Source: Candidatus Hydrogenedens sp. (GTDB lineage Bacteria > Hydrogenedentota > Hydrogenedentia > Hydrogenedentales > Hydrogenedentaceae). From it: a stretch of 64,000 nt of DNA. The stretch covers positions 1 through 64,000 of the forward strand of contig JBMFRC010000014.1 in assembly GCA_049968235.1 (NCBI GenBank), read 5' to 3'. The notes beneath the pieces are model-generated. The model saw nothing but the letters and a program-made list of their open reading frames with translations, did no database searches and was not told the origin of the DNA. Within the stretch, counting starts at the first letter, position 1; every line of letters starts with the position of its first letter. A program made the translations under genes and the position numbers. This document shows, piece after piece, positions 32,690-43,945 of the stretch.

Positions 32690-33595
32690 TTAATCACCAC
32701 CGGTTTGACTATCCAGGAAACAAGCCCATAAACGAGAAACAGGGTTTGTTCCAGGATAACGCACAAACTCCACATGTCCGTCCATATATAAAACATTTCC
32801 GCCACCGGGAACATGATTCATATATTCGGGTTGGGAATTAACATCATCGGACAATATCCATACTTCACTTTGGGCTTTGTTGGAAGCAGCAGGATTGTTA
32901 ATATCTGTTATCAGGAATCGTTCAATCCCTTCGCGAAGCCGATATATTGTAACAGTTCCTTGTTTTGCATCGGAGTCCAACAAACTAGCGTCTCCATTAT
33001 TTGCCCAGTTTGCATAACCATTGTTGATTATCGTTAAAATGGCGGTTAAGAAGTCTGGGTTGAAATAGTTCATTGCATTAGTTTCATTAATTGCCGGGTC
33101 ATTAACATCCTGTCCGGGTAGAACCATATCCTCATCCATTATTGCCCAACCATAATAATTGTATGATTCCGCACTGAAACGACATGGATTTTTCTCATCC
33201 AGATTGGGGTCAGCATTACGGTTCCACCAACCATCTACAGTAACATGTGTTCGTGCAGTCGAATCCGATGGACATATTAAGATATTTGTATCTGTTAAAT
33301 ATTCTGGATACACAGCCCGTGCATTGAAAAATGCTTCAATAGAACCCCGCCTTTTGCAATCATCAGGCATAGTACGGTCCCCCTGCCATATTTGAATTGA
33401 GGGGTATCTTTCCCCTTTCGATTCATTTGAATACATCTTGAACACCAAACCTAATTGTTTAAGATTGTTTTGACAGGAAGACCGCCGTGCCGCTTCACGG
33501 GCACGAGCCAGCGCTGGTAAAAGGATAGCAGCAAGTATTCCGATTATCGCTATCACAACCAGCAGTTCAATGAGAGTAAAACCTTTTTTTAACAT
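32690..33595 (-). CDS. Prepilin-type N-terminal methylation-domain / H-X9-DG (DUF1559-type) pseudopilin-like protein, paralog 2
   Basis: [50 protein letters not shown]… and C-terminal …[18 protein letters not shown]; paralogous to 22266..23159. Confidence 0.85.
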   Translation of the reverse strand: MLKKGFTLIELLVVIAIIGILAAILLPALARAREAARRSSCQNNLKQLGLVFKMYSNESKGERYPSIQIWQGDRTMPDDCKRRGSIEAFFNARAVYPEYLTDTNILICPSDSTARTHVTVDGWWNRNADPNLDEKNPCRFSAESYNYYGWAIMDEDMVLPGQDVNDPAINETNAMNYFNPDFLTAILTIINNGYANWANNGDASLLDSDAKQGTVTIYRLREGIERFLITDINNPAASNKAQSEVWILSDDVNSQPEYMNHVPGGGNVLYMDGHVEFVRYPGTNPVSRLWACFLDSQTGGD

Positions 33596-33932
33596 ATTTT
33601 TACTCCAAATTAAAAGTTAATAGTAATAAATACATATATATGTAAACCCATGTTTAGTTTACTAAAAATATATAATAATACATTTTATATTAAAAATCAA
33701 TATTGTATGTAATAATTATATATTTATAAATAATCAAATCTTGAGGGATATTTAATAAATATCTAATTTGTTTATATTATTTCTTAGTTACTTTGTTTTT
33801 TTCGTAAAATTCGGGTTAAAAAACTATGAGTTATATTTGTGGTTTAGTTAACAAATAAAAGGTTTTAGTTAAAAGGGTTTTGTTTTTTGGGAATAGATAT
33901 AATGGATATGTATGTGAGAATATTTGTGTTGA

Positions 33933-34772
33933 TTAGTTAAAATTGAAAATGGTACCAGCGGGGGCTGGTAAACAGGGAAAAGGTAGGTGCTTGTTAAAAT
34001 AGCAAAGTGATTTAAACCCGGAACAGTGGCACGCGTATAAGGAATTAATATTTAACGACGATAATGCGTTAGATGTCATTTGTAGTCGTTCTTCCGTAGC
34101 ACTATGTAGATGTAATCCCCCAATAACAATTATTTCCTTTGCTGATTTTATTAGATTATTACGCAGATAGGTAAGGGTATTTATTAAGCCTGCGTGTGTA
34201 CAACCCAGAAGGACAATTCCATATTTTTTACCATCGATAAACAAACATTGGTCATCATGGAAAGTATCTAATTGAGTGCATTGAGCGTCAAGGAAGAAAT
34301 GAGGTTCTGGGCTTTCAAAAGGGGTTATTCGGGGTATTGTTCCAGAAATAAAGATATTATTTTTTATTTTTGTAGGTGTCGTGGTAGGAGTGAACTGAGT
34401 TATTTTTTTATTTAATATTTTTGGAGAAGGACCTCTATAACCAATCTCTCGGATTTTTCCATCAGAATCTTTAACATACCTTTTACGGAAGGCATCGGGA
34501 TGTGCAAATACTTTCTGAATGTTAGCAACTTTAAAAAGTTTTTTCATTCCTCCGGTATGGTCGTAGTGTCCATGACTGAGAATAAGGTAGTCAACAGAAG
34601 ATAAAGGTAAATTTAATTTTTTGCTATTATGAATGATTGTGTATCCAGCACCTGTATCAAATAATAAAATGTGGTTGTCGGTCTGGATGAAAAAGGATAA
34701 TCCATGTTCTCCTAACAATCCTGTTTTTCCGACAGTGTTTTCGCATAATGTTATTATAGAAATGTGTGGCAT
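33933..34772 (-). CDS. MBL-fold metallo-hydrolase
   Basis: HxHxDH motif (…LSHGHYDHTGG…). Confidence 0.7.
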   Translation of the reverse strand: MPHISIITLCENTVGKTGLLGEHGLSFFIQTDNHILLFDTGAGYTIIHNSKKLNLPLSSVDYLILSHGHYDHTGGMKKLFKVANIQKVFAHPDAFRKRYVKDSDGKIREIGYRGPSPKILNKKITQFTPTTTPTKIKNNIFISGTIPRITPFESPEPHFFLDAQCTQLDTFHDDQCLFIDGKKYGIVLLGCTHAGLINTLTYLRNNLIKSAKEIIVIGGLHLHSATEERLQMTSNALSSLNINSLYACHCSGFKSLCYFNKHLPFPCLPAPAGTIFNFN

Positions 34773-34807
34773 TTTTTGACGATGTTAGGCAATATAAGGA
34801 GATATTA

Positions 34808-35773
34808 TTAGTTTGGGTACAGAATTTTTTGAATTTCAGGGTCGTTTAGATTTTCAGGAGTAACAACGGTAACGCCGGTGTCAATTCTTTTTTCAACAGG
34901 TTTTCCCTGTATTGCATCGTAGGCACTTTTTACACCGAGGTAACCCATTTTGAATGGATTTTGTACAATGAGTGCTTGAATAACACCTTCTTTCAATGCT
35001 TGAATTTCTTCTTCTGCTGCATCAAAAGCCACGATTTTTATCTGTCCAGATTTCCCTTTGCTCCTAATGGCTTGAGCACAACCTACCGCACTGGATTCAT
35101 TAGCGGCGAAGATTCCTTTAATGTTAGGGAAAGATGTCAACATGTCATTAGTAACATCCATAGCCTTTGCAACATTGCTATCGCTATATAAGGTAGAAAC
35201 TAACTTAATATTGGGGTATGCGGATATACCTTCTTTAAATCCTCGTTCCCGCATCTCAGAAGTGGCTGCACCTGCAACGAAAGGTATTAACCCGACTTCC
35301 CCCTCTTTACCAATAAGTTTTGCAAGAGTATCGGCAGCGATTTTGGCACCTGCAATATTGTCTGTTGCTACAAAGGACATAGGCTTGTCAGAATTAACAC
35401 CGGAGTCTATGGTTATGACAGGAATACCTTTATTGATGGCTGTTTCCACAATTCCTACGAGTGCATTAGCATCACTGGCGGCAAGAACAATTGCAGATAC
35501 TCCTCGATTAATCATATCCTGGACGATATTAATTTGTTGTTCAATTTCTGTTTCTTTGGCTGTTCCCTGCCATACAATTTTGACACCTAATTCTTTTCCT
35601 GCTTGTTCTGCTCCTGCTTTTACAGTTAACCAGAATTGATGTGAGAATGATTTGGGTATAACTGCTATTTCAATTGTCTTTTTTCCGGGTTCTGTGGCTG
35701 TATTTTTTTGAGATGGACCACATGATACAAAAATGCAGGATATTAGCAACATCAATAACATTTTTTTTACCAT
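34808..35773 (-). CDS. Sugar ABC transporter periplasmic substrate-binding lipoprotein (RbsB/LacI-type PBP)
   Basis: Lipoprotein signal (…ISCIFVSCG) and type I PBP fold pattern (…IAVIPKSFSHQFWLTVKAGAEQAGKELGVKIVWQG…). No permease or ATPase genes are adjacent. Confidence 0.7.
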   Translation of the reverse strand: MVKKMLLMLLISCIFVSCGPSQKNTATEPGKKTIEIAVIPKSFSHQFWLTVKAGAEQAGKELGVKIVWQGTAKETEIEQQINIVQDMINRGVSAIVLAASDANALVGIVETAINKGIPVITIDSGVNSDKPMSFVATDNIAGAKIAADTLAKLIGKEGEVGLIPFVAGAATSEMRERGFKEGISAYPNIKLVSTLYSDSNVAKAMDVTNDMLTSFPNIKGIFAANESSAVGCAQAIRSKGKSGQIKIVAFDAAEEEIQALKEGVIQALIVQNPFKMGYLGVKSAYDAIQGKPVEKRIDTGVTVVTPENLNDPEIQKILYPN

Positions 35774-35820
35774 ATTTTTACTCCTTTATCAATAAAACTG
35801 TTTAAACATTTTATTCATGC

Positions 35821-37017
35821 TTAACGAGGCACATAATAGCGTTCGCCTGTGCCGACTACTTCAATGGCAATTCCGTGTGTTTTAACATCCAATAATCGAA
35901 CGGATGTGCCGGGAATCATTTCCCCTACGTATACCTTTGTGAGATTAATAATGGCTAATCCATGTGGATTTTTAGGACCTGCTTCGCGAAGAACATTTAG
36001 TTTCATATCATCCAACCCTAAACGAGTTCTATCCGATGTTCTCAATACTGGTAGTCTTGTCATATCTACGGCTTCTTCAACTTTCGGTTTAGGTGATGAT
36101 AATGCCTGCTGAAATTGTTCAGGTTTTAATGAAGGAGGTGGTTCTAAATCTTTTGTAATTACAGGTGGAGGTGGTGTATTTTGTGTTGATGTAGCAGGTT
36201 GAGAAGCAGATGACGCTTGTAAAGTGGCAGAATTTGTTAGTTCATTATTTTTTGTAATATTTTCATTAGGAGAGGGAAGCACGGATGAAGAAGTTTCCCG
36301 GAGTAATTCCGTGGGAGTTTCTTTTTTTATTTCTGGAACCGTAGGATGAGGTGTTTCCGTTTTTTCTTCTTTTATAATTGGAGGTGACGATTCGTGAGGT
36401 ATATTTTTAGCAACCTGAACGGGCGGTTCGGGAGTATTGGTAGGCGGTTCGTCAGGGGCGGATACTTCAGGGGTCTTTTCTAAGGGGGGTGTTTTTGCTT
36501 TTTCTAATTTATCAGAAGGATTTGTAGTAGGTGGAGATGTATGAGGTTCAGATACAATTGTTTTCTGTTTTACTTTATTGGCTGTATTGTCAGGGGTAGG
36601 GGGGGGTGATGTTGTTTCTTTATTTTCTGTTGTTATTTCCTGATTCTGTGTATCTTTCTCCGATTGACTTGGAGGGACTGCTTCTTCTGTTGTTTTCTGA
36701 TTTAATGAGATTGTCTTTGTCGGAATAGTTGAAATTGTGTTTTTTGCAATTTGTGTTTTTACGACCCATAAAGATGCTGATATAGAAATAATACTTATTA
36801 CAATAACGAATATAACCACTCCGGTTATAATGAATTTGGGTGATATAGTGAAAGTTGCCGTATCTTGAAGTGGAATAGGTTTTTCCGGTTTTGCTATTGC
36901 AGAGATAGAAATAGGTTCTGATAATTCTTGTTCCTCTTCCTCTTCTTTTTCGAGTAGTTTTAACTGTCGTTGTTTTTCTTCCTCGAGTTTTTTTAGTGCA
37001 TCGAGGATGGAACTCAT
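35821..37017 (-). CDS. Single-pass membrane protein with a long Pro/Thr/Ser-rich linker and a conserved C-terminal domain; possibly GspB-like (T2SS-associated)
   Basis: N-terminus MSSILDALKKLEEEK, one TM helix, about 250 aa of low-complexity P/T/E/K-rich linker, and C-terminal …GLAIINLTKVYVGEMIPGTSVRLLDVKTHGIAIEVVGTGERYYV. The family assignment is from memory only. Confidence 0.3.
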   Translation of the reverse strand: MSSILDALKKLEEEKQRQLKLLEKEEEEEQELSEPISISAIAKPEKPIPLQDTATFTISPKFIITGVVIFVIVISIISISASLWVVKTQIAKNTISTIPTKTISLNQKTTEEAVPPSQSEKDTQNQEITTENKETTSPPPTPDNTANKVKQKTIVSEPHTSPPTTNPSDKLEKAKTPPLEKTPEVSAPDEPPTNTPEPPVQVAKNIPHESSPPIIKEEKTETPHPTVPEIKKETPTELLRETSSSVLPSPNENITKNNELTNSATLQASSASQPATSTQNTPPPPVITKDLEPPPSLKPEQFQQALSSPKPKVEEAVDMTRLPVLRTSDRTRLGLDDMKLNVLREAGPKNPHGLAIINLTKVYVGEMIPGTSVRLLDVKTHGIAIEVVGTGERYYVPR

Positions 37018-37239
37018 AGTGTTTATCTCCTTAAAATATATTTTCAGTTAATATTTTACAAAAATGAAGAAAAAGAAAAAAAGTAGCAATTCATCGTATT
37101 GATTTTTTATCCTTTATTTTATTACACTATTTTACCTATGGACAAGCAAAGAGAGGAAATGAAAAAGAAATATTTTATTTAATAGTAAAGAAATATTTAT
37201 GAATATTTTTTGATATATTAAATTATAAAATCAGGTTAA

Positions 37240-38364
<1,125 letters not shown>

Positions 38365-38444
38365 AGGTTGAGGTGTAAGTAGATTTATAAAGTGTGCTAC
38401 TTATTTTTGTCCTTTACCGAATAAATCTTAAGAAAGGTATTTTT

Positions 38445-38825
38445 ATGTGGCGATTTCTTTTTGCACAGAGCGAAGAAGCAGTTCCACAGCAGGTCGTTTC
38501 CACAGCACAAAGTGCTGGTGAACAAACGACGGCAAGTCCTCCCAGCCTATGGGGAAGTATGCTTCCGATGATTTTAGCATTTATTGCGATTATGTATTTT
38601 TTAATGATACGTCCTCAACAGAAGCGAGAGAAAGAAAGGCGCGAAATGTTGAATTCATTAGCAAAAGGAGATAAAGTAGTAACTACAGGGGGTATGTATG
38701 GGACGGTTGTGGATTTGTCTGAGGAGAAGGTAACCCTTCGTGTAGATGATAAAGTAGAAATTGATTTTGTTCGCAGTGCCGTAGCACAAATTATCTCAAA
38801 GGTGAATGAAGATAAAAAGAAATAA
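38445..38825 (+). CDS. yajC: Preprotein translocase subunit YajC
   Basis: …MLPMILAFIAIMYFLMIRPQQKREKERREMLNSLAKGDKVVTTGGMYG…; immediately upstream of secDF. Start chosen at ATG 38445 with an AAGAAAGG RBS. Confidence 0.85.
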   Translation: MWRFLFAQSEEAVPQQVVSTAQSAGEQTTASPPSLWGSMLPMILAFIAIMYFLMIRPQQKREKERREMLNSLAKGDKVVTTGGMYGTVVDLSEEKVTLRVDDKVEIDFVRSAVAQIISKVNEDKKK

Positions 38826-38888
38826 TTTTTAAACATATAAAAAGTAAAAGATTTAACAATAAACTAAAAAAGGAGCAAAATTAGGTCC

Positions 38889-41618
38889 ATGAATATTCCG
38901 TATCGTGCATTAATTATCTGGATTGTGATTATCTGGTCAATGGTTCAGGTGTATCCAACTATAGGTTGGCTTACTTTATCCGATAAGGCTCGTCAAGCCC
39001 GTCTGGAGAGGTGGCGTCAGGAAGATGATGAATGGGCAAAAAGAAAACATAGTTATACGGAAGAAATGTGGAAAACAATTCGGAGGTGGGCGGAGTTTGA
39101 CCGTGACCGTGTTATAAATCTCGGATTAGACTTGCAGGGTGGTGTCCACATGGTATTGCGGTTTGATATTAATGATTTGCCACCGGAACGGCTACAGGAG
39201 TACCGGGACCGCCGTTATACAGATGCGAATATTGAGAAAGAAGTGCAGGAAATTGTACTTCAGCAAATACGGAGAAGAGTAAATGAGTTCGAAGCGAAAG
39301 AGCCTGTTATTCAAGCATTAGGTAGCAATCAGATTCAAATTCAATTGCCGGGTGAAAAAAATGTAGAACGTGCAAAAAATCTGGTAAAGAAGACTGCCCA
39401 ATTAAATTTCCATATCGTAGCGGAAATGACGGATATTATTCAGGTTTTTCAAAAGATAAAAGATAAATATCCGGAGGAATTTAATGCCTTTATTCAGCGT
39501 CCTAAATTAAAAGGAGACCATTTTACAGTTCGAGTTGAGAATTATGACCGTGTTCGTCGTTTGATTGAAGCCTGTGAGAAGGAGGGAATTATCCCTGAAG
39601 ATAAAATGCTGGCATTCAGTCAACCTCCGAAGCCCTATGAAGACCAGGTTTATAAATTATATTACATAGATAGAAAACCAATTGCCTCTGGGGATGGATT
39701 GCGTTCAGCAGTGGCTATTCCTGACCAGAACAATCCCCCTAACTGGAAAATTCTATTTGAATTTAACAATTCCGCAGGGGCTCTTTTTGGTGAAGCGACT
39801 GAGAAAAATATCAATAAAGCCATGGCAATTGTTCTCGATGGTATGGTTTGTTCGGCACCGGTTATTAGAGACCGTATTACGACGAGAGGTGAGATAACCG
39901 GAAACTTTGAGCAACCTGAAGCGACAGATTTAGCAATTGCCTTAAATTCGGGCTCGATGTTTGTTCCTGTTAAAGAAGAATTTACACGTATTGTTGGAGC
40001 AAGTCTGGGTGCTGATGCAGTAAATAAAAGTATATCTTCAGCGGTTATATCACTGATAATTGTAAGCGGTTTTATGGTTATTTACTACCTCTGGGCAGGG
40101 CTCGTTGCTCTTATTGGACTTGTTGTGAACTTCTTGATAATTCTTGCTTTGATGGCGTATTTTGAGATGACGCTTACACTCCCGGGTGTGGCGGGTCTTA
40201 TTTTGACTATTGGTATGGCGGTGGATGCCAATGTTCTTATTTATGAACGCATTCGTGAAGAATTGAAATTAGGTCATGCTCTTGCCACAGCGGTTAGTAA
40301 TGGTTTTACAAGGTCTGCGGTAACAATTCTTGACGCAAATATTACAACATTGATAGCCTCAGCGGTATTATTACAGTTTGGCACAGGTCCAATTGAAGGA
40401 TTTGCTATAACATTAAGTGTAGGTGTATGTGCCAGTGTCTTTGCTGCATTAGTTGTCTGTCGTGCTTTATTTGACTTTTTATTAGACCGCAGATTAATAA
40501 AGTCTTTGCCGATGTTGAGCCTTATTCCAATGAAACCCAAGATTCCATTTTTGCAACTTAGATATTATGCCTTTTCTTTTAGTGCAATATTAATTGTGGT
40601 AGGTATGGCAGTATTCGTATGGAGAGGAAAGGAAAATCTGGGGGTTGATTTTGTTCAGGGAACAAACATTAATATACAGATAAACAACGACCAGCCGATA
40701 CAACCGGGAGCCGTAAGGGAAGCATTAGCAAAAAATGGATTTGGGAAAGCCATTGTTCAATTAACCAGTGAAGAAGATGTGGAAGCAGGGAATCGCTTTT
40801 TGATTCGTATTGCTGAAACGGATATAAAAGGATTATCTCCTAATTCAACATCATCCGCAGAAAAGGGAGGAAACAATAGCAATACGGCACCTTTGATGGC
40901 AGGCATGTCAGGTGGGGTGGAAGGAGGAGATATTGGCGGAATGATTCAGAAAGCACTGGCACCTCTTACAAAGAGTGGGAAATCCGAAGATGTAGCAATC
41001 GAAGACCAACAAACTGTTGGTCCGGCAGTCGGATCACAGTTACGAACGGATGCTATTAAGTGTATTTTCTGGTCTTTTGTATTTATTATTATGTATCTCT
41101 GGTTCCGATTCGAACTTAAATTTGGTGTTGCTGCTGTTCTAGCATTAGTGCATGATGTTCTAATTACATTAGGAACTTTTGCTGTGTTGCGTCGGCAAAT
41201 TGATATGAGTGTTATCGCAGCAATATTAACTATTATTGGTTATTCGTTGAATGATACTATTGTCGTCTTTGACCGTGTTCGTGAAAATATGAAGTTATAT
41301 CGTGGTAAGGGATATAAATATATAGATATTCTTAATATATCTATCAATGAAACATTAAGTAGAACCATTTTAACTTCTTTAACTACATTATTTTCCGTAG
41401 CAGTATTATTTATATTTGGTGGTATTGCTATTCACGATTTTGCATTAGCATTGCTTGTAGGAATTGTAATAGGAACATATTCTTCTATCTTTGTTGCTTC
41501 ACCTATTGTGCTTATCTGGCAGGAGAAGAGTGAACAGAGACAATTGCGGATGGCGGGACAGACAAAGTCCAGTTCTGTTAAGAAAACCCCACAAGTAAAA
41601 GCAGGAGCAAAAATATAA
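38889..41618 (+). CDS. secDF: Protein translocase subunit SecDF (fused SecD-SecF)
   Basis: 909 aa with two RND-like 6-TM modules and SecD/SecF periplasmic domains. Confidence 0.9.
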   Translation: MNIPYRALIIWIVIIWSMVQVYPTIGWLTLSDKARQARLERWRQEDDEWAKRKHSYTEEMWKTIRRWAEFDRDRVINLGLDLQGGVHMVLRFDINDLPPERLQEYRDRRYTDANIEKEVQEIVLQQIRRRVNEFEAKEPVIQALGSNQIQIQLPGEKNVERAKNLVKKTAQLNFHIVAEMTDIIQVFQKIKDKYPEEFNAFIQRPKLKGDHFTVRVENYDRVRRLIEACEKEGIIPEDKMLAFSQPPKPYEDQVYKLYYIDRKPIASGDGLRSAVAIPDQNNPPNWKILFEFNNSAGALFGEATEKNINKAMAIVLDGMVCSAPVIRDRITTRGEITGNFEQPEATDLAIALNSGSMFVPVKEEFTRIVGASLGADAVNKSISSAVISLIIVSGFMVIYYLWAGLVALIGLVVNFLIILALMAYFEMTLTLPGVAGLILTIGMAVDANVLIYERIREELKLGHALATAVSNGFTRSAVTILDANITTLIASAVLLQFGTGPIEGFAITLSVGVCASVFAALVVCRALFDFLLDRRLIKSLPMLSLIPMKPKIPFLQLRYYAFSFSAILIVVGMAVFVWRGKENLGVDFVQGTNINIQINNDQPIQPGAVREALAKNGFGKAIVQLTSEEDVEAGNRFLIRIAETDIKGLSPNSTSSAEKGGNNSNTAPLMAGMSGGVEGGDIGGMIQKALAPLTKSGKSEDVAIEDQQTVGPAVGSQLRTDAIKCIFWSFVFIIMYLWFRFELKFGVAAVLALVHDVLITLGTFAVLRRQIDMSVIAAILTIIGYSLNDTIVVFDRVRENMKLYRGKGYKYIDILNISINETLSRTILTSLTTLFSVAVLFIFGGIAIHDFALALLVGIVIGTYSSIFVASPIVLIWQEKSEQRQLRMAGQTKSSSVKKTPQVKAGAKI

Positions 41619-41650
41619 ATTTGTATATGATGAAAATTCTTTAGAGAATT

Positions 41651-41685
41651 ATCAGGGAGAGATTTAATCTCCCTGATTTGTTTTT
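41651..41685 (+). terminator. Rho-independent terminator after secDF
   Basis: Perfect 10-bp stem atcagggaga/tctccctgat, 7-nt loop, followed by ttgttttt. Confidence 0.7.
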
Positions 41686-41712
41686 AGGAATCCATTATTA
41701 TAAGTTAATTTT

Positions 41713-43698
41713 ATGGATATATCTATTCTTATATATTTAGGTATTCTCTTTGGTACTGCATTGATTATAGCACTGTTATTCCGAGCCATTCGTTTTCCTT
41801 CTATTATCGGCTTTATACTTGCAGGTATTATATTAGGACCCTCGGGATTAGGGTTATTTTCAAGAATATGGGTTCCTTATTTTATTGATTGGGGGGCTGT
41901 GCTTTTGTTATTTATTATCGGTCTTGAATTAAGTCATTCTCTTTTTTTGAAATCTGTGGGAAGTTTGTTGAAAGCAGGTAGTTTGCAAATCGCTATTTCT
42001 TTTGTCATTTTTGCTCTATTTATTTATGGATTCACAGAATTAGGTTTGGGATTAGATGTTATTGTTTTAAGTTTTATCCTGTGTCTTAGTAGTACGGCAG
42101 TAGTTATTCGGTACCTTCAGGACCGAGGTGAAGTGGAGACTGTATATGGATTGTTAACAACCACACTCTTAATCTTTCAAGATATTGCGACCCTCATTTT
42201 TCTTATACTAATTTCATTCGTATCAGCCGATTCTTCATCTCAAGGAGTAATAGTAGGAAAGGTATTTGGTCTGGTTGTAGGTTTTCTAATACTTATAAGT
42301 ATTATTCCTGGCAGAAATGTTATTCCTCATGTGGTTTCATATATTGCGTTTCGTGGAGGACAAGATTTACTTACTTTATTTGCCTTGTTTTGTGCTATTT
42401 TAGGAGCGTTAGTGGCTCATTATTTGGGTTGGTCTGCTGGTCTGGGAGCATGCATTGCTGGACTTTTAGTAGGGCAATCTGATGAACGGCATCAGTTGGT
42501 TGCGGAAGTGCAACCTTTTCAGGATGTTATTTATGCACTTTTCTTTATTTCTTTAGGAATGGCTTTCCCTCTGGAATGGGTTATTTCACATTTCTCCATA
42601 TTTGTAATGATTATAATTGCTATATTATTCGCTCGATTTCTGTTAAATGCAGTAGCATTAAAAATAGCAGGGATTCCGAATCGGCTTGCAATCCTTGTTG
42701 CTGTTCAATTATTACCTCTCAGTGAATTCGGTTTTATTATTTGTCGTGAATTCTCAAAAAGCGATTACATTTCACCAGATTTTTTAAATGGAGTAACCGC
42801 TATTACCACAATTACAATGATACTGGGGAGTGTTTTCCTGCTGTATATTGAACCTTTAAACCGTCTTTTAACACAATGGTTTTCCTCAGATAAGGAAGAA
42901 GAAGATAATCAAGAGCATATTGGTCCGCATGTAGTCATTATTGGGTTTGGTTTGACAGGAGAAAACCTATCCAAAGTTCTAAAATCTACAGGAATTCCTT
43001 TTGTAGTAATAGAGATGAACAAAGAATTAGCTCAGAAAGCCAAAGAAATGTCTCCTGCTAAATTGATTGTAGGTGATGCGATACAAAGAACGATTTTAAG
43101 TCAGGCTGATTTAGATACCGCACAAGCAGTTGTCGTGGCGATAAATGACCCTGTAGCATGCCGAAAAATTGTTGGAAAAATTGCTTCACGATATCCTCAT
43201 CTTTATGTACTGGTAAAGACACGGTTTGTTCATGAAATTGAACCTTTGAAAAAATTGGGAGCAAAACAGGTTATTCCGGAAGATTTTGAAACCTCCATTG
43301 AAGTTATTGCTCATATCTTAAAGCGATGTGGTGTCCCTGATAATATTGTGGAAGCAGAAACTATCGCTGTGCGTGTAGATGGTTATGCCATGTTACGAGG
43401 CAAAGCCAGTTCGCGTGCAGGAATTGAGGAGATGATAAAAATTTTGGAACGCACTACGACGCAAACATATTATTTGGGGGATAAGAGTTTTGCGGTTGGG
43501 AAAACACTTTCGGAGATAAATTTAAGGAAGAGAACAGGCTGTTCCGTTATTGCTATTGTTCGGGCAGGTGTTCCTACGCCCAGTCCACCGGGAGATTTTA
43601 TTTTACAGGCAAACGATGTGCTTGTCCTCGTTGGTGCCCATATCCAGATAGAGTCTGCTCGAAAACTTTTGGAAGAATCAGAAGATCCTGTCATTTAA
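41713..43698 (+). CDS. CPA2-family monovalent cation:proton antiporter (Kef-type) with C-terminal RCK (TrkA-N / TrkA-C) domains
   Basis: Na+/H+ exchanger-like membrane domain, then the Rossmann motif VIIGFGLTG of TrkA-N and a TrkA-C-like tail. Confidence 0.8.
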   Translation: MDISILIYLGILFGTALIIALLFRAIRFPSIIGFILAGIILGPSGLGLFSRIWVPYFIDWGAVLLLFIIGLELSHSLFLKSVGSLLKAGSLQIAISFVIFALFIYGFTELGLGLDVIVLSFILCLSSTAVVIRYLQDRGEVETVYGLLTTTLLIFQDIATLIFLILISFVSADSSSQGVIVGKVFGLVVGFLILISIIPGRNVIPHVVSYIAFRGGQDLLTLFALFCAILGALVAHYLGWSAGLGACIAGLLVGQSDERHQLVAEVQPFQDVIYALFFISLGMAFPLEWVISHFSIFVMIIIAILFARFLLNAVALKIAGIPNRLAILVAVQLLPLSEFGFIICREFSKSDYISPDFLNGVTAITTITMILGSVFLLYIEPLNRLLTQWFSSDKEEEDNQEHIGPHVVIIGFGLTGENLSKVLKSTGIPFVVIEMNKELAQKAKEMSPAKLIVGDAIQRTILSQADLDTAQAVVVAINDPVACRKIVGKIASRYPHLYVLVKTRFVHEIEPLKKLGAKQVIPEDFETSIEVIAHILKRCGVPDNIVEAETIAVRVDGYAMLRGKASSRAGIEEMIKILERTTTQTYYLGDKSFAVGKTLSEINLRKRTGCSVIAIVRAGVPTPSPPGDFILQANDVLVLVGAHIQIESARKLLEESEDPVI

Positions 43699-43945
43699 TA
43701 AATCCCTGCCTATTGCTGTTCTAATTAAATTCACCAAAAAGTTGTATTTCACAACAAAATATTACATAAATGTAATGTTAGCATGGGATATTATTGTGCA
43801 AATAATTCTTATATTTTAATAAATCACTATTTAACAAGATGATATAAAATAATTCTTAATTAGGCATGAAAATTGTTATTCCATTTTTAACTAAATTGTA
43901 TTTAAATTATAAAAATTTAAATTATTGTAATTAAGGAGTTACTTA

